This document shows positions 42,101 to 56,521 of a stretch of 64,000 nucleotides of DNA, in pieces (position 1 is the first letter of the stretch; each line of letters starts with the position of its first letter). This stretch comes from Octopus vulgaris. Taxonomy: Eukaryota. The notes under the pieces are model-generated. The model was not told the origin of the DNA. It searched no databases and worked only from the letters and a program-made list of their open reading frames with translations. The translations under genes and the position numbers were made by a program. Location of the stretch: assembly GCA_951406725.2 (NCBI GenBank), contig OX597820.1, positions 112,406,001 to 112,470,000 of the forward strand, written 5' to 3'.

Positions 42101-43519
42101 ATACATACATGCATACAACCAAATATTTCTTTGGGTTTGTACTTTATTACAGACAAGTACCACATCCAAATATGGCTGTAACTAGTTTAGCACACAAGAA
42201 ATGAGGTAAATTGCTGCAGATGCGAGAGTGCAAATGTGGTAAAGTATCTTAACTTAAGACTCAACACAATATGTTGTGTGCAGCCATTTGATCTTTGATG
42301 CCAAGACCACTGACTAAACACAGTAACTACTTAATTAGTGTTACCTCATTGCTTAAAAATGTCAGTTTCAGTGTTTGGACTTATAACAAAGAACATCTGA
42401 AATACATGAAAAGTCAACTCTAAATATTAGCTGTGGAAGGTTACTTGATAAAGGCAGATGATATCTAACAGAGAGAGAGAAGTGGGGAGAGAATATAAGT
42501 TTTTATGTGTAGAATCTATTGAAATTTCTAAGCCAAATAAATTCAAAATGTGGTGCTGAATGGTAATAATGGTTATTGTTTGAGCAATTTGTAATACAAA
42601 GGAAACGAGGGATGAAAGGTAAAAGTGACCTTAGCAGGGTTTGAACTCAGAATGTAAAGAGTCAGAAGGAATGCCACAAGGCAAAAAGCATTGTTTTCTA
42701 ATGCTTTAACAATTCTGCCATCTCATCACTAGGAATATATTGTGAAAACAAAATGTTGTAAATTGCTAAATCATCCTCTACTTCATCCAAATATTGATAA
42801 GTTAGAGGTGAGAGACTGGATTCTAACTAACCCCACAGGAGAGTGTATAAAGACAAAATATATATGGCCCAAAATAAAAGCCAACAACAGCAAAAATTCA
42901 AACAAAAAGATGTATATAAAACAGAGTTAAAAAGAAAAGTAGTATAATAAAATGAGTTAAAAAGGAAAAAAAGAAAACAATTAAAGTTTATTTTACCGGG
43001 TAATTATAAAAAAGACGATGATATTTGAAATGGAATAGTGGATTAGACATTGACAAAACCTAGCTAGACAGTGATCATACTCACACTTACATATTTACAC
43101 TGAATTATGAAGAAGATTATAACAGATGTTGGTGAAAATAAACTAAGTTTTGAGAAAGTATTTCAGTTATTTGAGAAATATTACCTGAGTATTTGATAAA
43201 ATGGACGTGCTTACAAAATAATAATTTAAAAAACAACAACAAAAACCAGTGCATACTCGGAATTGTTAGAGTGTAGAATAAACTACTGGCATCATTTGTT
43301 AGCTGTCAGGATACTACAGCTTTTTAAATTCCATGCTTTCTGAAGTTCCCCAATAATTCACCTGATGTAACTACGGACCCTTTCCTCTTAATGTTCGCTT
43401 CTGCACTTTTCTGTGTACTCTGCACATACTTCTAGCTATCATTCCTATCCTTCTATACTTGGCTTATGAATACCCTTTTCTGATGAGTTTTAGTGCACCT
43501 GAGCACTGAATACAATAAG

Positions 43520-43555
<36 letters not shown>

Positions 43556-43835
43556 AAATATATCCAGTAGTTTTGTAGTTTGAGGGAAAACAAAGTCAAA
43601 GAAATTTGTAACAATAGACAACCCCACCTCAGCCATCAAAATATTTGAGTAAATTCTTCCAGTTATTTAGAAAAATGTAGCCAGGTGATTGGGACAATAT
43701 ACCTAGCTTTTAGGGGGAAGAATATGTATGGCCTAAATGTTTGTGAAAAGATATGTTTTAGAAGGTATTATGTACATATATACATATTTACTTTAGAAAC
43801 ACACACATACGGAACACATTTGTATATGTACACAT

Positions 43836-44313
43836 ATAGGGTCTTTATAAAGTCTTTGTGCAATTTTAAATTTGCATAACTTTAGATTTATATATGAAGT
43901 AGAATCAATCAGTGAAAAATATAAATGAATCAATTTAGAACGTTTTCAAATGGAAAACCTTAGAATATTGTATTTTTATATAGACAAATAATGATGTGAT
44001 TCTGTAGTTCCAGAAATATGCTTTGCTGCAGATTATTTATAATATCCTGATTCACATAAGCCTGCAAAATATCTATAGAATAAAGCTTAATTGAAGGGAT
44101 AACAGTCTTTAAAGCTCCCCACAAAAATACAGTTAAAGTAATTATTAAATTTCTGTAAAAAAATCAAAACAAAAAAGAATAAATAATTATATTTTCTGAT
44201 TGACTCAAATAGTTTTGTCATCTAGAAATAGTTTTCACAGATTCTATCTTATGTATAATTATATTTGTAAAATTAGAACATTTAAAATTTCATAAGGACT
44301 CATAATGACCCTT
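43836..44313. mobile_element. Tc1/mariner-type MITE
   Basis: Imperfect TIRs agggtctttataaagtctttgtgcaattttaaat / atttaaaatttcataaggactcataatgaccct. Confidence 0.65.
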
Positions 44314-44530
44314 TATATATACACACACATGCTCGTGATGCATGCATGCACACATACACACACACACACGTGATGTACTATTCCATTATTGGTGGGATCA
44401 ATGTAAAAGGTTCTTCATTGAGTGCAAGGTAAATATCATTTAATATACACACCATTTAAATTTGTGCTACCATTAGTTTCATGCTCATCCAACCACTGTG
44501 GTTTTATAGCATGAAAGTAATAGTAGCTTG

Positions 44531-44568
<38 letters not shown>

Positions 44569-45244
44569 TATGTTAGTTCTAGGTGAATTTGTCTACAACA
44601 ATTCATCTGTTAGAACTCAATATTCTTTTATTTTACAGTAAACCTGCAGATCAGCACAGGCTGTGATGTCAATTCATAAATGAATGATAAAAGAACAGGA
44701 GTTATGCAATTACTTCTATCAGCTCCCTGTGTGTCAGAATGGTCTTCCTCAGAGCCATTTAAATGAAAGGGATTACATAAATCCTGTCTTTTGTCATTTT
44801 TAAATATATATATATTAAATTATTTAAAAATTTATCAATATATATATATATATAACAATCTGCTGAGTGGTTGGTGTTAGGAAGGGCATCCAGCTGTAAA
44901 AATCCTGCCAAAACAGTCACAGAAGTCTGCTGCAGACTTCGATCTGGCTGGCTTTTGTGGTACCGTCCCACCCATGTTAGCATGGAACACAGACGTTAAA
45001 TGATGATGATGATGATGATGATATATATATATATATATATATTATTACTATTATTGATAAAATAAAGAAATTCTTTTCTCATAGCAGCCAGTTCACCAAT
45101 TGGCTTAGTATCATGAGACCCTGACAAAAGGATGAAGGGAATGGTATGGCTTGTACTCTCTGCCACTGGAGGTCTGAAAATACACTTGGTATGAAACTGA
45201 TTGGTAGAAGAGGCTGATATGGGAATATAATATTATATATCATT

Positions 45245-46097
45245 ATTGGTTTCAAATTTTGACACAAAGCCAGCAATTTTGAGGGAAGGCTAAGTCAATT
45301 ACATCAACCCCAGTACTCAACTGGTACTTTTTTTATTAACTCCTAAAGGATGAAAGGCAAAGTCGACCTCAGCGGAAATTTGAGTTCAGAATGTAAAGAT
45401 GGGTGAAATACTGCTAAACATTTTTCCTGGCCTGCTAACAATTCTACCATGTCACTGCCTTAATGTTATATAACTTTATTAATAATAGTAATATACTCAC
45501 TCTATTAACCAATGTATAAGCACCTGTTTTTTTCTGATTCATAGATTTTTAGATAACTATGTACACGCACACACACATCATAATTTCATGCTATCCATTT
45601 ATCCTCTGTAAAATACATTTGATAATGACTATGATATTAAGAAACAGTTATACTCAGTAATAAAAGGAAATGTGATCAAACTAGATAACAAGTACTAATG
45701 ATATGAGTATAATGTGATGAAGATGGTAATGGTAATTAGGATAGTATGATGGCAGTAATCGGAGTAGTTCTGCAGCTAATATTTTAATGGAAAAGCAAAC
45801 AACCAATGTAAGTAACATCTATATAACTACAGCAGCAATAATGATAATAATCCTCTCTACTAAAGGCTCAAAGCCTGGAATTTGTGGGGAGGGGACCAGT
45901 CAATTACATTCCCCCGCCCCCCAGTGTTTCACTGGTACTTAATTTATTGACTCCCAAAAGGATGAAAGGCAAACTCAGCCTTGGTGGAATTTGAACTCAG
46001 AATGTAAGAACAGGCAAAATTCTGCTAAGCATTTCATCTAGGGTGCTAATGATTTTGCCAGCCTGCCGCCTTAGTAACAGTAGTAGTAGTTGTAGTA

Positions 46098-46148
<51 letters not shown>

Positions 46149-47972
46149 GTAATAGAAATTGAGATGAGGCAAAGCATGCACATGGGGGATAGCTAGGATG
46201 TTGAGATAAGTGCTTGGGTGTTGAGTATCTTTTATGATACCCCCAAGTACCAAGTCTTATACTTTGCAGACAGAGACCCTGTGAGACCTCTGACAACAGG
46301 TGGCTGTCTGCTGTCATAGTATCCACCAGAGCAAGTAAGACCAAGAACTCTGAGAAGTAAAATATAGTAACAATAATCCTTTCTATTATAGGCACAAGGC
46401 CTGAAATTTTTGAGGAGGAGGACAGTCGGTTACTCAGAGGTATTTATTTCATCGACTCTGAAAGAATGAAAAGTAAAGTCAAGCTCAAAATGTAAAACTG
46501 GAAAAAATGGTGTTAAGCATTTTACCTGCTGTGCTAACAATTCTACCAGTTTGCTACCTTAATGATGATGATGCTGATGGAGATAATGATAATAATAATA
46601 ATAATAATGGTTTCAAATTTCGGCAGAGGGCTAGTGGTTTTTAAGGGGAGGGAAAGTCAACTATATTGACCCTAGTATATGACTGGTACTTATTCTATTG
46701 GCCCCGAAAGGATGAAAGGCAAAGTTGATCTTGGTGGAACTTAAAGACAGGCAAAATACCAATAAGCATATTGTCTGGCATGCTAATGGTTCTACCAGCT
46801 TTCTGCTAATAATAATAATAATAATAATCCTTTCTGCTATAGGCACAAGGCCTGAAACTTAGGGGAGGGGGATAATCGATTACATCGACCCCAGTACTCA
46901 ACTGTTACTTTTTCATCAACCCTGAGAGGATGAAAGGCAAAGTCAACCTCAGTGGAATTTGAACACACAATGTAATGACGGATGAAATGCCACTAAGCAT
47001 TTTGCCTGGTATGCTAACAATTCTGCCAGCTTGCCACCTTAATAATAATAATAATAATAATGGTTTCAAATTTTAGCACAAGGCCAGCAACTTCGAGGGA
47101 GGAGAAAATTGATTGTATTGACTGGTCCAACTGGTACTTATTTTATTGACCTTCAAAAGGATGAAAGGAAAAGTCAACCTTGGTGGAATTTGAACTCAGA
47201 ATGAAACAACGAATGAACTGCTGCTAAGTTTTTTATGCAGTGTGCTAATGATTCTGCCAGCCCACAGCCTTAACAATGACAACAACAACAACAACAATAA
47301 TAATAATGATTTCTCATTTGACAGTATGGAGCCACTAATTTGTTTTGTTTGAGTGACTTAAGAGAAGCCGTGTACAATTGATTAAAACATTATCACGTTA
47401 CATGATGTAACTTAGTTTACTGATCCTGGAGCAATGATTGGTGAAGTTGACTTTGGCAAGATTTGAAACACGGAATATAAAGAATCATAATAAAAGCATT
47501 CTGATATTCTGTGTATTGCTCAACTTCTTCCAGTAGTAAATGGTAATAATTAATATAGTCTGAAGAAATGAGATCCAGTACATGACTGGTACTTATTTTG
47601 ATGACCTTCTTACCCCACCCTCAACCCTGATCACTCTTCCCACTGCCCCTGGAGGGATGAAAGGCAAAGTCTGCCTTGGCAGGATTTGAACATACAGTAT
47701 AAAGGGATGAAACTAAATGGAATAAAATTCCTGCTAGTTCACCAACAGTAACAATAGTGATGTTTGACAAAGGCCTGAAACAGGTTATGGAAAAGAAGTA
47801 CAAGTCAATTACCACTGACCAACTTCAGTGGTCTTAAATCTTATCAATGCCAAAGAGATGAACAACAGGGTGGCAGAATTTGAGCACCCAAGTTAGATGC
47901 AGAAAAAGGATACAAAGTACTTTTAGTTATTAATCTGATGCCCTGATATTTCTGCAACTCCTTTACTCTTAA

Positions 47973-48031
<59 letters not shown>

Positions 48032-48506
48032 CCTTTCTACTAAAGGTACAAGGCCTGAAATTTGGGGGAGGGGACAAGTCAATTACATCGAACCCAGTAT
48101 TTTACTGGTACTTAATTTATCACCCCCCGCTAAAAAAAGGATGAAAGGCAAAGTTGATCTCGGTGGAATTTGAACTCAGAATGTAGCAATGGGTGAAATA
48201 CTGCTAAGCATTTTGTCCAGTATGCTAACAATTCTGCCAGCCTGCCACCTAAACCCGATAATAACAACAACAACAATAATAATAATAATAATAATAATGA
48301 TGATGATAATGGTTTCAAATTTTGGCACAAGGCCAGCAATTTTAAGGTCGGTGGGTAAGTTAATTATGTCGACCCTAGAGCTCAACCCTGAAAAGATGAA
48401 AGACAAAATTGATGTTGGCAGAATCTGAACTTAGGATGTAAAAACGGACACAATGCCATTAAGCATTTTGCTCAGTGTTCTAATGATTCTGCCAGCTTTC
48501 CACCTT
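45245..48506 (-). mobile_element. Cluster of at least 9 CORE-like tRNA SINEs (family B), head-to-tail in (AAT)n tracts
   Basis: Repeated ~200-220-bp unit (..ggatgaaaggcaaagtc.acct..gaatttgaactcagaa..attctgccagc..gcctt) at ~45245, 45850, 46376, 46608, 46828, 47061, 47570, 48030 and 48310. Dispersed copies at 29095, 30105, 39125, 48935 (+), 53484, 53677, 54320 (+) and 56060. Confidence 0.9.
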
Positions 48507-48524
48507 AATAGTAATAACAATAAG

Positions 48525-48815
48525 TGAAGGCACATGGCCTAGTGGTTAGAGCAGCGGACTCGTGGGTTCGAATCTCAGACCGGGCAATGTGTGTGTTTAT
48601 GAGCGAAACACCTAGGCTCCACACGGCTCTGGCAGAAGGTAATGGTGAACTTCTGCTGACTCTTTTGCCACGACTTTCTCTCACTCTTTCCTCCTGCATC
48701 TTGCAGCTCACCTGCGATGGACCAGCGTCCTGTCCAGGTGTGGAACCTATACACCAAGGAAACCGGGAAACTGGCCCTTATGAGCCAGGCATGGCTCGAG
48801 AAGGAACAATAACAA
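48525..48815 (+). mobile_element. tRNA-derived SINE (family E) with (AAC/AAT)n tail
   Basis: Head gaaggcacatggcctagtggttagagcagcggact..gggttcgaatc carries A and B boxes. Confidence 0.75.
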
Positions 48816-50852
48816 TAAGAACAACAACAACAATAATGATAATAATAATTACTAGCTGGACCCGTGAAAAATTCACGTAAAACATTAAAAATGTAAACAG
48901 TGTACTGGTGCATGAAAAATGTTTGTATATTATGACCGTCTGTCTTTACGTTTTGAATTCAAATTCTGCTGAAGTCGACTTTGCCTTTCATCATTTGGGG
49001 CTCGATAAATTAAGTACCAGTTGTGCACTGGGTTGATCTAATCAACAGGCCCCCTCCCCACAAAAATTTAAGGCCTAGACAGTTAAAGAATATAGATGTA
49101 ACACCAATTACTATATAATCCAACCAAAATATCAGTTACACAAACGTAAACAGAATTAGTATTTAGCCTTAAAATACATTGTACATATTCAAAGAACCTT
49201 CTTGGTTTAGTGGTATAGAACGTTTTTCCGGTATTCTTTTATTCTATCACTTGTTTCAGTCATTTGATGGTGGCCATGCTAGAGCACTGGCCTTTAGTCG
49301 AAGAAACTGACCCCTGGATTTATTCCCTGTAAGCCTGGTGCTTATTCTATCAGTCTCTTCTGCTGAACAGCTAAGTTATAAAGACACAAATGCTCCAACA
49401 TCGGTGTGAAGCAATGGTGGTGGTGGGACAAACACACACACACACACACATACATAGTGGTGGTGATGATGATGATGATGATTATGCACAAGGCCAGTAA
49501 TTTTGAGGAGAGGGGTGTTAGGCAAATCCATCAACCTCAGTAGTTGACTGGTACTTTGTTATCAACATAGCGACATCAAAAGTTATAATGATGCTTTCGG
49601 TTGTGGATTCCAGAGTTGTAGTTGTTGGTCATTGTGATGGGTCTCTTAGATATGTTATATGGCAACGTTCATGCATTTTTCAAGACAAGCATTATTATTA
49701 ATGACATGTTGTGTATGAGATAGATACAGCTGTGAAATACACTCAATTCTGACACTAACTCAGTTCACTCCTGGCCCTGCAACAACCATATAATAATGAA
49801 TACATACAACGTACTACAGATTAACAAAAAGGAACATCTGTCGTAGCACAGCAACTTTCATGCCTTTCATTTTAACATTTTCAGTAATATGCCTTTCCCT
49901 CTGCGACCACCTCTACTTCTGCCTGCCTCTCAGTGACCAGATGTTTTAATGTGGGTAGGGGTAGAGAAAGTTGCTGAGGCTTTCACAGTGTTGCTATGAC
50001 TGTCAATTTCTAAACCTAAGTAGTGTCACCAGTTCCACTGTTACTGAATCACAGGTGGCCCACAGTTTAAACGTGTGGGCTTACAAAAAACAGAAAGAAA
50101 AAAACCGGAAAACGATCGAGTTAGCTCAACACAGTAGTAGCAGGGGAGATGGTGGAGAGCTTTGTTAAACCTAAGTGTGTGAGTGATTTTATGCATGTAT
50201 ATGAAAAATGAGTGTGTTTTTTTATGCTTGTATATGCAAATGAATGAGTGTGTGCGTGTATGCATGTATGTAAGTAATTATGAGTGTGTGTCTGCATGTG
50301 CTATGTACATAACAATGATATATGCATATATATGGCACATAGGCCAGCAATATGCATATAGTCATATTACGTCATATATAGTGATATACTGGTACACATG
50401 TCTGTAATGACCCCAAAAGGATGAAAGCATTTTGCTCTGTGTGCTAATGATTCTGCCTGTTTGCTGTCTTTTTTTTTATGCACATAATAATGCATGTGTA
50501 TAAGAACAATTGTGTGTTTCTGCGACTTATGTGTGCTTGCGTGTGTATGTAAATAACGATGCATTTGGGTGTATATAAAACTTGCTAACTTGTACACTGC
50601 ATCAGCACTCACTCCTGCCTTTTCCAAGCTGGTTGGTATCACTGCGTCAGATATGCGTGTGCAGCCAGTGCACCCAAGGATCTGCGCCCTAAAATGTTCA
50701 TAGAGTCTTCTGCCTCTAGACTCTGGTGATAAGGTTTAGAGATAACCCAAAACTTTACATGTTCAATAACAGTGTTGTTTCTTTTCTTCCCTTTTCTCAC
50801 AATTTCTTTCCTTTCTGCCTTCCTTCCATCTTTTCTTTCTTTCTTATTGTCA

Positions 50853-51809
50853 TTTATTGTTTCTGTTTTGTTTATTTTTTTAAAGATTTATATTTTTGCA
50901 ATTCATTTTTTTTTTGTTTTACGTTGTCTCTCATGTTTTTTTTTTTTTGCTTTTGTGGTTAAAAAAAAGAAAAAAAGTTTTCCTCGTAGAATATCTCACT
51001 GGTATGAATTTACAGGAAAGGTGTTGCAGCGTCTACTGCCTGATCAAAACAGTGATGGCAACAGGCAGGATCTTGGGGCTGGGCTGAGGTAACAATGAGG
51101 ATAACAAATGGTGGGCCTCACCGCCTCCCCCCCCAAAAAAACAACAATTAACAAAAAAAACATATATACATATAAAATAAAATATAAATTTGGATGATTG
51201 ATGTGATAACATGTGAATCTATGCCTTGCTTGGCTATATACATACATAAATATATAGATATATTTATGCATAAGCATACACACATACATACACACATACA
51301 TACATATATACATACATACATATATACATATATATATACTAATATATATATATATATGTATACTAATATATATATGCATATATATGTGCATATATATATG
51401 CATACATATATGCATATATATATTGCATATATATATATATATGAATATGTCTGTAGGGGGGGGAGGTCCAATGGAGCTTGGGGTTGGGTTTGGATCACCT
51501 GCATTTAGTTTAGCTGCAATCTTCTTAACTTAGAGAGTCACAATAAGAAATATGAAAGGAAGCAGTGGTGATTGTGAGATGTCGAGGGTACATGTGTACC
51601 GTGTGAACAGTGAATGTATGTGTAAAGTTTGTGTGGAGGGTGGGTCAGTATAAATAGCGGTCATATTAACAACATTTTAATGGTGTTAGGGACCGCAGCA
51701 ACATGGAAGTAGTTGCGGTTAGGTATGAAGAGATTTTATAAAAAAAAAAATGTTGTTAATATTTTTTTCCCCCCCCCCAAAAAATAAAGATAACCCAGTA
51801 AAGTATGAA
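50853..51809 (-). other. Minimal putative Bmal1 3' UTR ending at candidate poly(A) signals
   Basis: Follows the stop codon. AATAAA on the minus strand at 50853-50858 and 50871-50876, in an A-rich tract. The true UTR could be much longer. Confidence 0.35.
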
Positions 51810-52052
<243 letters not shown>

Positions 52053-52122
52053 TCAGTTAGAAATACATAAGCAGATAGACAAAAAGATAGAGAGATTGTA
52101 GATAGATAGACATGTTGGCAAA

Positions 52123-52153
<31 letters not shown>

Positions 52154-52765
52154 TAGGTGCAGTCATGTCTGTGTGGTAAGAAGCTTGCTTCCCAACCACA
52201 TGGTTCCAAGTTTCTTGTATTATAGCCTCAGGCTGATCAAAACATTGTGAGTGAATTTGGTAGACTGAAAGAAGCCCATCACACACGCACATATGTGTGT
52301 GTGTGTCCTTGTATCAGTGTTTGTCCTGCACCAACCACTGTAGGTGTGTTTACATCCCTGTAATTAAGTGGTTCAGCAAAAGAGACTAATAGAATAAGTA
52401 TCAGGCTGAAGAAAAATAATACTGGGGCCAAATTATTTGGCTAAAAATTCTTCAAGGTGATGCCCCAGTATGGTCACAGTCTTATGACTGAAACAATTTA
52501 AATTTGTTTCAGTCATTAGACTTGAAGAATTTTTAGCCAAATAATTTGGCCCCAGTATTATTTTTCTTCAGCCTGATACTTATTCTATTAGTCTCTTTTT
52601 TTTCTCTCCTTGTTTTCTATGTCCCTTTCTGTAAAGAGCATAGGCTCGAAACGTAAAAGACTTTTTCTATTCCTGAGTGTTATACTAATACATCTGTTTG
52701 TTTTGTACACCACCTGTCTTCGTCTGTTGTTTTTTTCATAAACTCTCACTATATATATATATAAA

Positions 52766-52827
<62 letters not shown>

Positions 52828-54019
52828 AAGATAGATAGATATAGTGCTTTACAATATATATATAGATAGATAGATAGAGGCACCTGTACCAGTGACACAC
52901 AAGGGGCACCTGTGCTGGTGACACATAATAGGCATCCGTGCTGGTGACACATAAAAGGTACCCAGTACATTCTGTGGAGTGGTGGGCATTAGGAATGGCA
53001 TCCAACCTCAGAAACCAACCCAAAACGGACTGGATCCTGGTGCAGCAAACTGTGTAACCCATGCCAACATGGAAAATGGATGTTGATTGATGATGATGAT
53101 CATAATGACGATGATGATGATGATGAAAAGAAGGAAACTGATTGTAATGTAATATATGAAGGAAACATGTAGGGAAGATACTAGCAAGAGTAGTGGATAA
53201 TGATGATAGTTTTGGTGGTTGGGGTGGTGGGGGTAGGCGAAGAATGTTTAGTCCTAGACAAAAACAGATATATGATTAACGACATTCCAACTGTGGCCAT
53301 TTCCCCTGTGTTGGGAGCCTAGGACCACTTTAACTGATATGTTTTTTATAAGACAACAGGGTATGGTTTATAGAAGGCATGGCTGTTATTTCTGACTCAT
53401 TGTATGTCCATGTAAAGGCTCCCTCTTTAATTGAAGGAGGTTGTAGTGTTAGATGACAGTGGTGATAATAATAATAATAATAATGGTTTCAAATTTCGGC
53501 AGAGGGCTAGTGGTTTTTAAGGGGAGGGAAAGTCAACTATATTGACCCTAGTATATAACTGGTATGAAAGGCAAAGTTGATCTTGGTGGAACTTAAAGAC
53601 AGGCAAAATACCAATAAGCATATTGTCTGGCATGCTAATGGTTCTGCCAGCTTTCTGCTAATAATAATAATAATAATCCTTTCTGCTATAGGCACAAGGC
53701 CTGAAACTTAGGGGAGGGGGATAATCGATTACATCGACCCCAGTACTCAACTGTTACTTTTTCATCAACCCTGAGAGGATGAAAGGCAAAGTCAACCTCA
53801 GTGGAATTTGAACACACAATGTAATGACGGATGAAATGCCACTAAGCATTTTGCCTGTCATGCTAACAATTCTACCAGCTTTCCACCTTAATAATAATAA
53901 TAACAATAATGGTTTCAAATTTTGGCAAATTTGAGAAAGAAGAAGAAAAATGAATGCAATTGATGTACAGTTGTTCTAGCAGACAGACAGTACACAATGT
54001 AGTGTCTTCCTGGTAGAAT

Positions 54020-54290
54020 TTATGTGGGTACCTGTAACCTTAGTATCCACAATCTTTCAAGTGCTTAAGACCCTCCTGATAATCTTTCTGTCCCTAAGAG
54101 GCAAACTTTCTGTAGAAACTCTACAAGACATTCCATTCCAATCTCCTTTGTCTATATCTTTGCTTACAGTTCCCAATGCACCAGTTATTATTGGCACAAC
54201 CTTTATAGTTTTCATACTCCAAATTCTTTCAATTTCAAATTTTAAGGAAATGTCTTTTTTTTTGCTTTTCATCTTCTTTCTTTATGATCC
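54020..54290 (-). mobile_element. R4/Dong-clade LINE C-terminal relic
   Basis: LKFEIERIWSMKTIKVVPIITGALGTVSK...KIIRRVL is the typical C-terminus of R4/Dong restriction-like endonuclease elements. A similar relic (GIARMLR.VLG) lies at ~46185 (+). Confidence 0.75.
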
Positions 54291-54779
54291 TGGAATCAAA
54301 TGGATATGATGGATCAATGATGAACTGGGAGAATCGTTACCATGCTGGATGAAATGCTTAGCATCATTTCTTCCAGCTTTACATTCTGAGTTCAAATTCT
54401 TCCAAGGTCAACTTCACCTGTCATCCTTTTGGTGTTGATAGAATAACTAACAATTGAGTACTGGGGTTGATGTAATCAACTTACTGTCACCACTGAAATT
54501 GCTGGCCTTGTGCCAAAATTTGAAACTATTATCATTGTTGTTGTTGTTATTATTATTGCTACATAAAATCACCCACTACACTTCCAGCTGTGCCAGATCT
54601 GTGGCCTGGTTAGCTTGCCAGACCCCAGTTGAACCGTCCAACCCATGCTAGCATGGAAAGCGGACGTTAAACGATGATGATGATGATGATGATGATGATT
54701 CCATTTTACCTAGATATCTGAAATAGTAGATAACAGTAGTTTTGCATTATAGCCCTGGGAAGCCCTGACAGAGCAAGGC

Positions 54780-55420
54780 ACTGGCATGTATGTAAGGAGT
54801 CATTTAAATATCTTAGTACAATCCAAAGATACAACATTTCCGGATATGATATCTCCTCTGAGTTGAGAACCACACAGCACAATCCAGATATGATTCAGAG
54901 CAGCAATCTAGGTAAATTGTCTTTTCCCTCATTATACCATATGTTTTTGAATGACAGTATTTTCTGAGAGTTCCAGACGTAGTGTAAGAGGGCAAGGGTG
55001 GACTCAATTGGAGTGTAGCAGTTGTTATTGCTCAGCATGTAATATTGTGTGTATGCAACCCCAGCAAGGTATTTGGAGCTAATGATGCTATTCACAGGGT
55101 TAACATGCTGTACATATCTTTGTTCTTTAATGTTTTTAATACTGAATACAAAAGGACCTTATTCTTATGATGGTGGTGTTCTGAGGTGTTGCAGATAATA
55201 GGGTTTCATTGAACATGTTTTGACAGGAATCATCTTGGCTACAACTTGTAGCAACAACATGTGCTTCTCCTGTTCTCAGGCAATCTTTTTGACAATTTTT
55301 GTCTTATTGTCCAGGTGGTCACTGTGATCTCTGATGTGGATTGTCTTGTGGATTGTTAACAATGAGCTTATTGTATACAGTCCTCAGGTGCACTACAGCT
55401 CACCATCAAAATAGAGTAAA
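54780..55420 (-). mobile_element. Highly decayed Penelope-like (GIY-YIG) element
   Basis: Weak colinear resemblance to TCTS.N.IYCI, YIGET and HF.S...IFGL motifs; many stops. Confidence 0.35.
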
Positions 55421-56465
55421 AATGAAAAGAAAGTGGCAATAACTCAAGTAAAGAAAGTCAATGATGAAACTAAAAGATGATCTACAATAGCAATAGATGA
55501 GATCCAAAATGGACCTAATCTACCATAAGTATGTTAATCCAGTTTCTTTTACAGTGTTAGTTTTTCTTACATCTCTATGTTTTGTGTTCAGATCCTACTG
55601 GAGAGACTTTTCAAGTCTCAAGACACAATAAATTTAGCATCAAAGAGATGATTATCCTCTCTTATTCTTTAATATATATTCTTCTATAGATGTGTTCCTA
55701 GATGCCATATTTGCACTGATGTAAAGAATCATTATTAACTAGATGTCTCAAAGAACAGTTCTGGATTGAATTTGTCTTCATATTTAGTTTTGTTCTACAA
55801 GGGTTTGAATTTAAATCATGTGGGGTTTGAATACACCTTTCCTACCTGCTAGGTTTGTTAAAAAAATACCAGTAATTGTCTCTTGATATTGATTCAGTAT
55901 GACTGAATCAACAGCAATATATACTTACTGATTACTGGTATCTTTCTGGCTCTAGATATTTAACAGATCTGACTCAATAAAAGCTTTACTATTATTGCCA
56001 TCATTGCAAACACTACTACAAGTATTACTGCTATTACAACTACTACTACCACTATTACTTATTTCTTTACTGCCACAAGGGGTTAAATACAGAGAGGACA
56101 AACAAAGACAGACAAATGGATTAAGTCGATTATATCGACCCCAGTGCATAACTGGTACTTATTTAATCGACCCCGAAAGGATGAAAGGCAAAGTCGACCT
56201 CGGAGGAATTTGAACTCAAAATGTAGAGGCAGACGAAATATCGCCCAGCTTGCTAACGTTTCTGCCAGCTCACCACCTTCTTTCTTTTTTCTCTTTACCT
56301 TCGGATCAAGTCGTTTGTGAGAAGAGACTCAATAGATTGCAGTGTGGTAGCTGCTCTACTAAGCACGTCACTCCGATACTACTACCACTATTAGTGATCA
56401 CTTAAAACATTGACAAACCAATACTTTATTGAATCCTGAAGAGTAATAAATGAAAATGACATTAA

Positions 56466-56521
<56 letters not shown>

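Noticed and set aside
44367-44372. CACGTG E-boxes (also ~15494) near a clock gene
   Set aside because: They arise at CA/TG microsatellite junctions, far from the Bmal1 promoter, and are not clustered.
45100-46352. Candidate minus-strand exons at ~45100-45174 and ~46264-46349
   Set aside because: Donors are poor. The second overlaps what looks like the 3' end of a Dong/R4 relic on the plus strand, and both lie downstream of the Bmal1 stop.
45245-48506. Repeat-spacer-like periodicity resembling a CRISPR array
   Set aside because: Units are ~200-bp SINEs with tRNA-like heads separated by microsatellites in a eukaryotic context; there are no cas genes.
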